DNA of 64,000 bases from positions 3,936,001 to 4,000,000 of the forward strand of contig OZ255842.1 in NCBI GenBank assembly GCA_965277805.1, written 5' to 3'. The DNA is from Candidatus Lustribacter sp. (lineage in GTDB: Bacteria > Vulcanimicrobiota > Vulcanimicrobiia > Vulcanimicrobiales > Vulcanimicrobiaceae). A program made the translations under genes and the position numbers. Of this stretch, positions 39,901 to 49,159 are shown in pieces; the first letter of the stretch is position 1; every line of letters begins with the position of its first letter. The notes beneath the pieces are model-generated. The model did not search any database. It saw only the letters and a program-made list of their open reading frames with translations, and was not told the origin of the DNA.

Positions 39901-40763
39901 GCGGCGGCCTCGCTTTCAACGGTGGCGACGCGCATTTTCGCGCTGCGCGCCCGGGGATTGGTGCTGATTTCCTCATCGCCCGGTACGATGGGTTTGCGCG
40001 TGAGCGGTTGCACGCGCTCGTCCTCACGAAAGAACAGCTTCACGATACGATCTTCAAGCGAATGAAAGCTGATGACGGCGATGCGGCCGCCGGGGCGCAC
40101 GACGTTCGCCGCTCCGTCGAGGCTCTCGCGCAGCGCGCCGAGCTCGTCGTTGACCGCGATGCGCAAAGCCTGAAAGGTCCGCGTTGCGGGGTGAATGCGC
40201 TCGCGCTTCCCACGCACGTGCACGGACCCGGCGACGATCGCAGCCAGCTCGCCCGTGGTCCGCGGCAGTTTGCTCTTGAGCGCGCGGGCGATACGCCGTG
40301 AGTTGCGCTCGTCGCCATAGCGGAAGATGATGTCGGCCAACTCGACCTCGTCGTGCGAGACGATGTAGTCGGCCGCGCTTTCGCCCTGCGTTGGATCGAG
40401 CCGCATGTCGAGCGGCGCGTCGCTGCGGAACGAGAAGCCGCGCGCGCCGTCATCGAGCTGCATCGAGCTCACACCTAAGTCGTAGAGGACGCCGTCCACC
40501 CGCGCGATCGCCCGCGACGCCAGCTCCGCGGCGAGCGTCCGGAAATTTGCGTGTATTAAGGTAAGCCGCGGATCCTCCGGCGCGAGCGACGCCGCAAGCG
40601 GATCCGCATCGAAAGCGATTGTCCGTCCGAGCGGCCCCAATCGCTCCAGGATCAGCCGCGTGTGTCCGCCCGCGCCGAAGGTCGCGTCGACGTAAGTCCC
40701 ATCCGGGACGATGGCCAGAGCATCGAGTGCTTCGGTTGCAAGAACCGATGTGTGCGGCGGCAC
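39897..40763 (-). CDS. rsmH: 16S rRNA m4C1402 methyltransferase
   Basis: DATFGAGGH, DLGVSSMQLD, PLDMR, FHSLEDR, NPRARSAK. Confidence 0.97.
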   Translation of the reverse strand: MPPHTSVLATEALDALAIVPDGTYVDATFGAGGHTRLILERLGPLGRTIAFDADPLAASLAPEDPRLTLIHANFRTLAAELASRAIARVDGVLYDLGVSSMQLDDGARGFSFRSDAPLDMRLDPTQGESAADYIVSHDEVELADIIFRYGDERNSRRIARALKSKLPRTTGELAAIVAGSVHVRGKRERIHPATRTFQALRIAVNDELGALRESLDGAANVVRPGGRIAVISFHSLEDRIVKLFFREDERVQPLTRKPIVPGDEEISTNPRARSAKMRVATVESEAAA

Positions 40764-40766
40764 CCA

Positions 40767-41210
40767 CTAATACAGCCCGAGCTCGGAGCGGAAGTCGGTG
40801 AGATCACCGGCGCCGGCCGCGACGGCAGCGTAACGATCCTTCGCCCAGAGCTCGACCCGGGTCAGAGAACCGATCGACGTCACGTCTTTCTCGATGTGGG
40901 CCCACGCGCGCAACACCGGCGGCAGCACGAGCCGGCCTTGGTTATCGCACGAGCTCTCTTCGGTGTGCGCGAACAGATGGCGCACGAACGCGCGATAGCG
41001 CGCGTCCTTCACCGGCGAGGCCTCGAGGCGCGCGCAAAATTCGTTCCACATGACAGCAGGGTAGAGCGCCAGACACTGGTCGGGCTCGCCGATCGTTACG
41101 AAGAAGCCGGACCCCAGACGTTCCCGGAAGCGTGCGGGCACGACGAGACGGCCTTTGTCATCAAGGCTATGTTCGACCGAACCGGTGAACAGGGGCCGTT
41201 CCGCTGCCAA
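40767..41210 (-). CDS. mraZ: Division/cell wall cluster repressor MraZ
   Basis: DDKGRLVVP and DNQGRLVLP repeats; first gene of the dcw cluster. Confidence 0.96.
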   Translation of the reverse strand: MAAERPLFTGSVEHSLDDKGRLVVPARFRERLGSGFFVTIGEPDQCLALYPAVMWNEFCARLEASPVKDARYRAFVRHLFAHTEESSCDNQGRLVLPPVLRAWAHIEKDVTSIGSLTRVELWAKDRYAAVAAGAGDLTDFRSELGLY

Positions 41211-41219
41211 AAGGGTACT

Positions 41220-41272
41220 CCACTAGGAACCATTACGATCCACTAGGTACCACTATAGCCCACTGTCCCCAC
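41220..41272 (-). promoter_or_regulatory. MraZ-binding repeat array
   Basis: Minus strand GTGGggacaGTGGgctataGTGGtacctaGTGGatcgtaATGGttcctaGTGG: six (G/A)TGG cores at about 10-bp period immediately upstream of mraZ. Confidence 0.8.
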
Positions 41273-41477
41273 ATGGGCAACCCTCTGCGCGATTTCCGCC
41301 AGACCGAGATACGGGATACGCGGGCCGACCCACCTGACGAACGCACGTTCGATCCCCGCGGCCTCGTAGCGAAGGCCGCGTGTCGAGTGGCGCCCGTCCA
41401 GTTATGTTCTTACGAAGACGCGCAATCTGCGGAGCAAAGACTTGTTTCGAAACTTCGCGACTGTGGGTTCCCGCCCG

Positions 41478-41648
41478 TTACGAGTGACGCCGGTCTTTGG
41501 ATCCACGGTCGACGCGTCGCCGATCGACCGCGCTGCGGGGCACGTAGGCGCGACGCAGTGCGCGATCTCGCATCCGTACCGATGCGACACGCCATGCGAG
41601 CGAGCAAAGCACAACAACCGTCCCAATCGCTAACAGCGTGAAAAACAT
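41478..41648 (-). CDS. Putative 56-aa single-TM small protein with Arg-rich DRR tail
   Basis: Not in ORF track; MFFTLLAIGTVVVLCSLAWRVASVRMRDRALRRAYVPRSAVDRRRVDRGSKDRRHS; no clear SD. Confidence 0.4.
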   Translation of the reverse strand: MFFTLLAIGTVVVLCSLAWRVASVRMRDRALRRAYVPRSAVDRRRVDRGSKDRRHS

Positions 41649-41917
41649 GCACGTGAGAGCTTTAGCCGGGCCCCATGTGATCGACTTGTTCGAGTCGAAG
41701 CCGAATGAATCCGGCAGTTTTCGGCAGCCTCGTTAAGTCAGACTTAAATTCGTGACCGACCACCGGCATCTGCGTCGTTCGGCCGTGTATATGGCACGGT
41801 CGATTGATCCTTAGGCGACCATCGGCTGCGATCAACGACAATGGCCCTTCTGCGGACCGCTGTGAGGCGACAGGACCAGCGGGGCTTTGGAGGTTTCCTC
41901 GCGCAAACGTATCCGCC

Positions 41918-42700
41918 ATGGATATGGCCATCCGCCGCGCGGTGAAGGCGCTGACACTCGGAGGCGACGCCGAGCGTCATTTCGATTTAGCTGCGAGGCG
42001 CATAGAAGAGTCCTTACTGGCAGTTCATGTCCCAACGATTCCGGGCTTCGACCTTGGAATCCACGCCGAGCCTGCGCGCCTAGTTGGCGGCGATTATATT
42101 GATCTTTACAAGGTGGATGCCGCGTCAATTGTCTTCGGCTTGGGCGATGCGTCCGGAAAGTCATTGGCAGCAGCCTTGACGGCTCTTATGTTGCGCTATT
42201 TGGTGCGCGGCCTAGTTACGGCAATTGGGACGGCAAATCTCGCACAACACCTCGCGCATATCAACCATGTCGTTTCAGAAGATTTAACGGACGGGGCCTT
42301 TATCACGTTTATCATCGGTGAGCTGAATGGAACGACCGGTAATATGCGCGTAGCGAACGCAGGACACGAGCCGCCTCTAACGCTGCGCGCCGACTCGGAG
42401 GCCGTCGGTACGATTGATGCTGCCGGCATTGTGCTCGGCGTCGATTCAAAGGCGACGTTTTCCGAAGTTCACTGCGACCTTGCGCCGGGCGACCTTGTCG
42501 TGATTTATACGGACGGCCTTACAGAGGCCACAAATAGCCGCGGAGAAATGTATACGATCGAGCGTCTGTCTGAGGATATCTTGCGAAATCGTTCACTTGG
42601 CGCAGCCGCACTCGCAGATACGGTATTTGCCACGGTTCAGGAGTTCGCGACCGGCGAGCTAAAAGATGATGCCACGATTCTTGCCATAAAACGTCTCTAG
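41918..42700 (+). CDS. PP2C/SpoIIE-family (RsbU-like) Ser/Thr phosphatase
   Basis: VGGDYID, GDASGK, ANAGHEPP, YTDGLTE, DDAT. Confidence 0.9.
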   Translation: MDMAIRRAVKALTLGGDAERHFDLAARRIEESLLAVHVPTIPGFDLGIHAEPARLVGGDYIDLYKVDAASIVFGLGDASGKSLAAALTALMLRYLVRGLVTAIGTANLAQHLAHINHVVSEDLTDGAFITFIIGELNGTTGNMRVANAGHEPPLTLRADSEAVGTIDAAGIVLGVDSKATFSEVHCDLAPGDLVVIYTDGLTEATNSRGEMYTIERLSEDILRNRSLGAAALADTVFATVQEFATGELKDDATILAIKRL

Positions 42701-42765
42701 TTCGCCGCCGCCGATTCGAACGCGTGTTCGCTCTTATTATCTCGGCGACGGCCGAACTTTTTTAG

Positions 42766-44541
42766 ATGAAACGCATTGACTGCCGGCGTGCCGTAGCGTG
42801 CGCGGCGGTACTCGGACTGGCCGGCTGCGGCGGCGGCGGTGGTGGGGCCATATCGCCGCCGGCTGACACGGCAGCGGCGAGCCCGGCCCCATCCGTGAAA
42901 TCGGTCACCGCGTCGGTGACCTTGCGGATCGCGCTCCCCACAAAGACGGCCTCGGCGCGGGTACGCACGCCGGCATACGTCTCGCCCGCCACGAAGTCGA
43001 TGTCGATCGCGGTCAACGGGGCGTCACCCGCCGACTTTGATCTCACGACCGGTTCGCCGAATTGCGTGACCGGGCCGGCGCCGGCGTGCAGCGCGACGGT
43101 CGCCGCACCGGCCGGCAACGATACGTTGGTCGTCACGCTCTACGACGGCGCGGGCGCCACGGGCAACGTGCTGGCAACGAAGACGCTCGCGCAGACAATA
43201 GCTGCTAACAGCACGAACACGATTTCACTGGTATTGAACGGCGTCGTCAGCAGCATCAGCGTCAGTCCCGCGGCCCAAACCGTGCCGGCGGGAGTCGCAA
43301 CGTCGCTGCCCGTCGTCGTCAACGCGTACGACGCGCAGAACAACATCATCGTCGGGCCGGGCAACTACGCCGATGCGAACGGAAACCCGCTCACGATCAC
43401 CCTCGCCGCGACGCAGACGACGCCCACGGTGCAAACGCCGTATACGGCAGGCTCGGCAACGCTCAGCGCAACCACGCTGACCGGTCCGTCGACGGCGTTG
43501 ACGATAACCTACGACGGAAATGCCTTGCTCTCGACGCAGTTTACCGCAACCGTGAGCGGCGGCGCCGGCATCGCACCGGCGGCGGCAACCCTCAACGTGA
43601 CGCCGGCAATATACGAATACGCGACGTCTGTTGCCAATAGCGGACCGTATTCGCTCGCCGTGGGCGTGGACAAACAGATCTGGGTAACGCTCTTCGGTAT
43701 TAGCGGCGTCGAGCATTTCGCACCGCCCGCGCCCGGCACGACGTCGCTCAACGCAACGACGTTCGCCATGCCGGATACGAGCAACCAGTATGCGCTTGGG
43801 ATCGCGCCGGGCTCCGACGGGAACATGTGGATCGCATCGTGGGGGAGCGAGATCTTCGTCTGCTCGGTCCTCGGCAGCTGCTCTATCATCAATGTGTTCG
43901 AAGCGGATCACCCGGAGTACGTCATCGACGGCGGCGATGGAAACATGTATGTGAACCAGTCGTATTACACGGGCCCGTATCGATATGGCATTTCTTCGCG
44001 GTCATTTATCCAAGACTTCGGTGACATCGGCGGCGGACACCGGCAGAGCATTGGTCCCGACGGGCGCGTGTGGTCGGCCGGCGGCCAAGGCGGCTGTTGC
44101 TATACGCCGTATATCGTCGCGCTCCCGACGCTGACGTCGGCCAATCAAAGCATCACGGAAGTCAACATGGGGAACGACACGACCAACGCCGCGACCGGGC
44201 CGGACGGCAATATCTGGTACGTGCAAAGCTCCGCGGGAATCGTCGGTCACATGACGAGCCTAACGTCGACATCGCTCACGGGCGTTGCCATCGGCGTTCC
44301 GTCGGGCCCGGCGGGTGGGCTGCGCGGACTCACGGCCGGCCCCGACGGCAACATGTATTTTACCGAACCCACGGCGAACAACGTCGGACGCGTGCTGATC
44401 AATGCGACGACGGCTGCCGGCATTACCGAATATCCGGTACCGAGCGCGAACGCCGGCTTGATCGATATCATCGCGGGACCCGACGGCAACATCTGGTTCG
44501 TCGAAAGCGCGACAAGCCGGATCGGAAAACTCGCGCTTTAG
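42766..44541 (+). CDS. Lipoprotein with Thr/Ala-rich Ig-like region and Vgb-like beta-propeller
   Basis: Lipobox LAGC; repeated GPDGNIW / GSDGNMW / GPDGNMYF blades. Confidence 0.85.
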   Translation: MKRIDCRRAVACAAVLGLAGCGGGGGGAISPPADTAAASPAPSVKSVTASVTLRIALPTKTASARVRTPAYVSPATKSMSIAVNGASPADFDLTTGSPNCVTGPAPACSATVAAPAGNDTLVVTLYDGAGATGNVLATKTLAQTIAANSTNTISLVLNGVVSSISVSPAAQTVPAGVATSLPVVVNAYDAQNNIIVGPGNYADANGNPLTITLAATQTTPTVQTPYTAGSATLSATTLTGPSTALTITYDGNALLSTQFTATVSGGAGIAPAAATLNVTPAIYEYATSVANSGPYSLAVGVDKQIWVTLFGISGVEHFAPPAPGTTSLNATTFAMPDTSNQYALGIAPGSDGNMWIASWGSEIFVCSVLGSCSIINVFEADHPEYVIDGGDGNMYVNQSYYTGPYRYGISSRSFIQDFGDIGGGHRQSIGPDGRVWSAGGQGGCCYTPYIVALPTLTSANQSITEVNMGNDTTNAATGPDGNIWYVQSSAGIVGHMTSLTSTSLTGVAIGVPSGPAGGLRGLTAGPDGNMYFTEPTANNVGRVLINATTAAGITEYPVPSANAGLIDIIAGPDGNIWFVESATSRIGKLAL

Positions 44542-44568
44542 CGCGGTCGAAAACCAAGGAGCAGCTTT

Positions 44569-45693
44569 TTGATATCCGACAACCCTGCAGATCAGCGCTT
44601 GCGCAACGCGATGTACAACCGGAACGCGCTGAAGCTCGGGCTGTTCGCTGCGAACTGTTCGTCGGGCAATGCGGCCACCAAAGTGCCCGAGCGCTGGGAT
44701 GCGTCGTGGGAACACAACGTCGCGCTCGCGCGTTTAGCCGACGCGGCCGGCATCGACTTCTTCTTGCCGATCGCGCGCTGGAAAGGCTATCCCGGCGAGT
44801 CGAACTTCCAAGGGGCATCGTTTGAAACGATCACCTGGGCTTGCGGTCTGCTCGCCGCAACGGAACGACTGACGGTTTTCGGCACCGTGCACGCACCGCT
44901 CGTCAATCCCGTCTTTGCCGCGAAGCAGATGGTGACGGCCGATCACATCGGCAGCGGACGCTTCGGACTGAACATCGTGTGCGGCTCGAACGAGGACGAG
45001 TTTGCGATGTTCGGTGAAGCGCCCCTCGCCCACGACGAGCGCTACGAGCTCGGTGCCGAGTGGATCTCCGTCATCTCGCAGCTCTGGGAACGCGACGAAG
45101 ACTTCGACTTCCACGGCGCGCACTTCCAACTGCGCGGCCTGCACGGTGAACCGAAACCGTACAACGGGACCCGGCCACTGATCATGAACGCCGGGTCGTC
45201 CCCGGCCGGGCAAGACTTCGCGCTCCACCATGCCGACTTTCTCTTCCGGGGCTTGCGCTCGATCGAGCAAGGCGCACAAGACGTCGCAGCGGCGCGCTCG
45301 AGCGCCCGCGCGATCGGTCGCGACGTCGGCTGTTTCAGCGCCGCGCACGTGCTCTGCCGCCCCACGATGCGGGAAGCCGAAGAGTATCTGCACTATTACG
45401 CCGAGGAGAACGGTGACTGGACCGCAGTCGATCACATCGTCGAGATGGGCGGCCGCAACTCGGCATCGCTCGATCCGGAAATGTACCGGCGCCTGCGCAT
45501 TCGCTTTGCCGCGGGCCACGGCGGTTATCCGCTCGTCGGCACGCCCGACCACATCGCCGATGAAATGGCGAAGATTTCGCACGCGGGGTTCACCGGACTC
45601 GCGTTGTCGTTCGTCGATTATCTCAACGAGTTCCCGTACTTCCGTGATGAAGTGCTGCCGCGCCTCGAGCGCTTAGGAGTCCGCGAACCATGA
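44569..45693 (+). CDS. Luciferase-like (LLM) flavin-dependent monooxygenase
   Basis: LPIARWKGY, AAKQMVTADH, GRFGLNIV, NAGSS, LVGTP. Confidence 0.92.
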   Translation: MISDNPADQRLRNAMYNRNALKLGLFAANCSSGNAATKVPERWDASWEHNVALARLADAAGIDFFLPIARWKGYPGESNFQGASFETITWACGLLAATERLTVFGTVHAPLVNPVFAAKQMVTADHIGSGRFGLNIVCGSNEDEFAMFGEAPLAHDERYELGAEWISVISQLWERDEDFDFHGAHFQLRGLHGEPKPYNGTRPLIMNAGSSPAGQDFALHHADFLFRGLRSIEQGAQDVAAARSSARAIGRDVGCFSAAHVLCRPTMREAEEYLHYYAEENGDWTAVDHIVEMGGRNSASLDPEMYRRLRIRFAAGHGGYPLVGTPDHIADEMAKISHAGFTGLALSFVDYLNEFPYFRDEVLPRLERLGVREP

Positions 45694-46625
45694 ACCGTCG
45701 TAGCTATCTCGCCGGAGCCGCAGCCGTCTCGACCGCCGCGCTGTTCCCGAACATCATCGGCGCGCAGACGAATGCCGTGCGCATCGCGTCGGCATATAAC
45801 GACGCCTACGCCCTCTCGTACTTCGCCCGCGATGCCGGCTTTTTCAAACAGGCCGGGATCGATGTCGATATTCAGCTCTTCCCGAACACGCAGGTCGCGC
45901 TGCAAGCCGTCGCCACCGGCTCGCTCGACGTCGCGGTGGCGGACGCCGTGCAGATCGGCAATGCCGTGAATAGCGGTGTCGAAGCCGGCTTCTTTGCGCC
46001 GTCGTCCGTCTACACGAGCGCCGTGCCGACGACGCTGATCTGCGTCGCGAAAGACGGTCCGGTCAAGACGGCCAAAGATCTCGAAGGCCGTACGGTCGGC
46101 GTCGTCGCGCTGCACTCGCTGATGTGTGTCGGCCTCGAGGAATATCTGCGCCAAAACGGCGCCGACAATACGAAGGTCAAGCAGGTCGAACTGAACTTTC
46201 CGGTCATGGAGGCGGCCGTCGTGCGCGGCACCGTCGACGCGGTGATCCTGGCCGAACCGTTCATCAGTGCCGCCGCTGCCGACACCCGCGTTCTCGGCGA
46301 TCCACTCGGCGCCATCGCGAAGAATTTTCTGTTGAGCGGACAAGTCGCCATGCGAAAGTGGGTCTCGGACAATCGCGATTTAGCAGCCAAACTTGCAAAA
46401 GTCTATGCGCAGACGGCCGCGTGGGCCAACGACCATCACGATGAGACGGCGAACTTTCTGGCCACCTACTCGAACGTTCCGGCGGCAAGGATCCGCGCGA
46501 TCCGCCGCGCGACGTTCGGCTCGTCGCTCACGGCACCCGCGGTGCAGCCGGTACTCGACATGGCCTTCAAGTATGGTTCCTTACAGAAGGCCGTGCGCGC
46601 TCAAAGTGCGCTGATTAGCGTCTGA
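45690..46625 (+). CDS. NMT1/SsuA-type ABC substrate-binding protein, Tat-like signal
   Basis: NRRSYL signal, GFFKQAGIDV, DLEGRTVGV, GTVDA. Confidence 0.85.
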   Translation: MNRRSYLAGAAAVSTAALFPNIIGAQTNAVRIASAYNDAYALSYFARDAGFFKQAGIDVDIQLFPNTQVALQAVATGSLDVAVADAVQIGNAVNSGVEAGFFAPSSVYTSAVPTTLICVAKDGPVKTAKDLEGRTVGVVALHSLMCVGLEEYLRQNGADNTKVKQVELNFPVMEAAVVRGTVDAVILAEPFISAAAADTRVLGDPLGAIAKNFLLSGQVAMRKWVSDNRDLAAKLAKVYAQTAAWANDHHDETANFLATYSNVPAARIRAIRRATFGSSLTAPAVQPVLDMAFKYGSLQKAVRAQSALISV

Positions 46626-47277
46626 GCGCAGCCGATAAAGCCGGCCGCAGTGCTTCGCGCAAGAGTGCGTAGCCTGCATCGGACGGGTGAAAGCGATCGT
46701 GCGAAAAGAAGCGCGAGTCGCGGCCGATGCGCCGTTTGGTGAGATCGAAGAAATCGACGAAGCGCGCGCCGGCCGCTCGCGCGCCGGCGCGGACGGCCGC
46801 ATCGTCCGCGGCCGAACGCCGCCCGATCAGCGCGGGCTCGTCGGCAAAGAGCGGGCTCACCGCGACATCGGGAACGCCGCAGCAGATGATGCGCGCGCGC
46901 GGAGCCGCGTCGCCGATCGTCCGGCACAAAACGCGGTATGTCGCGGCGAAGACGGCGGGCGGGGTGCCACGAACCACGTCGTTACCGCCCACGCAAACGA
47001 TGACTACGTCCGGATGGGTCGAGGCCACGCGCGGCGCCTGTAAGCGCAAGACGTCGGCGGCGGTGCTGCCGCCGATCGCGAAGTTGTCGAGCTCGGCACC
47101 GGGATGATCGCGTAAGATGTCGCGAAACAGCGGGAAGATGAAGCCGCCGTCCGGTCGCGACGCGCCGGTTGCCAAGGCGAGTGAATCGCCGAGGACGAGG
47201 ATCCGCAGCGCACCGGTAGGGTGGTAAGCGGCGGCCGGGGCCGCGGCCACCAGCGCCAAAAAGGCGCTACGATCCAT
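46615..47277 (-). CDS. SGNH/GDSL hydrolase
   Basis: GDSL, GGND, DRFHP. Confidence 0.9.
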   Translation of the reverse strand: MDRSAFLALVAAAPAAAYHPTGALRILVLGDSLALATGASRPDGGFIFPLFRDILRDHPGAELDNFAIGGSTAADVLRLQAPRVASTHPDVVIVCVGGNDVVRGTPPAVFAATYRVLCRTIGDAAPRARIICCGVPDVAVSPLFADEPALIGRRSAADDAAVRAGARAAGARFVDFFDLTKRRIGRDSRFFSHDRFHPSDAGYALLREALRPALSAALRR

Positions 47278-47950
47278 CGCTGACGATCTGCCCGTCGGCG
47301 AGCCGGATGACGCGCCGCGCGCGCCGCTCGACGGCGGCGCTGTGCGTCACGACGACGATCGTCTGGCCGCGTGCATTCAGCCCGTCGAACAAATCGAGGA
47401 TGGCACCGGCCGTGCGCGAATCCAGTTCGCCGGTCGGCTCGTCCGCGAGCAGTAACGCCGGTTCGTTCACGAGCGCCCGCGCGATCGCGACGCGCTGTTG
47501 CTGGCCGCCCGACAATTCGCTCGGACGATGGCGCAAACGGTCGCCGAGGCCGAGATCGCGCAGAACTTGCTGCGCCCGCACCGCAGCCTCAGCGGGATCG
47601 CGCCGTGCGTAGCGCGCGGCGAGCAGCACGTTGTCGACGGCGTTGAGCGTCGGGATCAGGTTGAAGCCCTGGAAAACGAAGCCGATCTTCTGCGCGCGAA
47701 TGTGCGCGAGTTCGCGTCGCGATGCCCGGTCGAGCGCTTGACCGTCGACGACGATCGAGCCGCTCGTTGGACGGTCGAGTCCGCCCAGAAGGTGCATGAT
47801 CGTCGTTTTTCCGCTGCCGCTTTCACCGACGATCGCCACGTACTCGCCGCGCGCGATCGTCAGGCTCACATCGTCGAGCGCACGGACGCTCGCCATCTTC
47901 GATGAGGCATAAACCTTGCTCACCGACGCGGCGCGGACCAGGGGCTCCAT
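47267..47950 (-). CDS. ABC transporter ATP-binding protein (LolD/MacB type)
   Basis: GESGSGKT, LSGGQQQR, LLADEPTGELD. Confidence 0.95.
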   Translation of the reverse strand: MEPLVRAASVSKVYASSKMASVRALDDVSLTIARGEYVAIVGESGSGKTTIMHLLGGLDRPTSGSIVVDGQALDRASRRELAHIRAQKIGFVFQGFNLIPTLNAVDNVLLAARYARRDPAEAAVRAQQVLRDLGLGDRLRHRPSELSGGQQQRVAIARALVNEPALLLADEPTGELDSRTAGAILDLFDGLNARGQTIVVVTHSAAVERRARRVIRLADGQIVSDGS

Positions 47951-49123
47951 CTACGCCCGGCCCAACGCGTCGGTGGGCACGAGCCGCGCCGCGCCGAGCG
48001 CCGGGATGAGGCCCGCCGCAACGCTGAGGACGATCGCAAACGCGAACGCACCGGCCACGACGCGGGGCGACAGCGCAAACAACTCGACCGACCCGGAGAC
48101 GGCGCTGTGCGCGTCGACGTATGCCACGACCGCCGCACCGCCGAGGATGCCGAGGATGCCGCCGAATGCTCCGATCGCCGCGGCTTCGATGAGGAACTCG
48201 CCCAGCACGTCGGCGTCGGTGGCGCCGATCGCTTTGCGGATGCCGATTTCGCGCGTTCGCTCAGCGACCGCGATCGTCATCGTGTTGACGATCGAGAACC
48301 CGGCAATCAACAGCGCGATCAGCGCCGCACCGAACACGATCGTATCGAAGATCCGGATCGTCGCGCTCACGCTTTGCGCGACGTCGACCGGGTCGCGCGC
48401 CGCCAGCCCATCGATCGTATTGATGCGGCCGACGAGCGTCTCCACGTCGGTGCCGGGCCGCGGGACGACGAGGAATGCCGTAATGCCGTTCGACGGCACC
48501 GATGCGATGCTCGGCGGCACGCTTTGCGCGAGCAGCGCTTGCGCATCCGCGAACGGCACGACGACCGCTGCATCGTACACCGTGAACGACTTCGCATACA
48601 CGCCGGCGACGGTATAGGAGTTCCCGTAGAGCGAGATGACGTCGCCCGGCTGCACCTGAGCCGCGGCGGCAAAATCGGCGCCGACCACGGCAACGCGGCG
48701 GTCGCCGACACGCAAATCGCGGCCCCCACCGACGGTCAACGTCGCCGACGCGAGCGCCCGCGCCGCATCCGGCAAGCCGAAGATCAGCGAGGGCGGTCCG
48801 AAACGTCCCGTTTCACCCGCATCGGCGGCATACGGTAAGACGACCTCGGGGACGACGTTCGCGACCCCGGGCAACCGCTGCAATGCCGGTCCGTCGCGTC
48901 GCACCGTCGCGCCGTCGCCCGCGATCAGCACCCGGCGCTCGACCACGGCGAAGATCGTGCCCGCATTCACGGCGGTCGAACGCGCGACGATTTCGGCCAG
49001 CCGCTCCGCCAGCGAGCCGACGACCACGAGCGCAAGGATGCCGATGGCGATGCCCGCGACGGTAAGCACGGTGCGCGTTGCACGTCCGTACATGTGAAGC
49101 AAGGCATCCCGGATCGCGCGCAC
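47951..49123 (-). CDS. ABC transporter permease (MacB/FtsX type)
   Basis: N-terminal TM, periplasmic domain, ERTREIGIRKAIGA, three C-terminal TMs. Confidence 0.92.
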   Translation of the reverse strand: MRAIRDALLHMYGRATRTVLTVAGIAIGILALVVVGSLAERLAEIVARSTAVNAGTIFAVVERRVLIAGDGATVRRDGPALQRLPGVANVVPEVVLPYAADAGETGRFGPPSLIFGLPDAARALASATLTVGGGRDLRVGDRRVAVVGADFAAAAQVQPGDVISLYGNSYTVAGVYAKSFTVYDAAVVVPFADAQALLAQSVPPSIASVPSNGITAFLVVPRPGTDVETLVGRINTIDGLAARDPVDVAQSVSATIRIFDTIVFGAALIALLIAGFSIVNTMTIAVAERTREIGIRKAIGATDADVLGEFLIEAAAIGAFGGILGILGGAAVVAYVDAHSAVSGSVELFALSPRVVAGAFAFAIVLSVAAGLIPALGAARLVPTDALGRA

Positions 49124-49159
49124 TTTCGCTGGTACCCGTTACGGCACCAGGAGTTCCAC

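Noticed and set aside
41220-41272. Short periodic repeats as a possible CRISPR or iteron array
   Set aside because: 4-bp cores at 10-bp period upstream of mraZ fit MraZ boxes; no spacers, cas or rep genes.
41273-41917. Possible riboswitch or ncRNA, and the ORF-track ORFs in the long intergenic gap
   Set aside because: No recognisable RNA family motif by eye and the listed ORFs look non-coding; an Rfam scan would be needed to exclude an RNA.
42766-44541. Virginiamycin B lyase resistance gene
   Set aside because: Only the propeller repeat is shared; lipoprotein architecture does not fit a cytoplasmic resistance enzyme.
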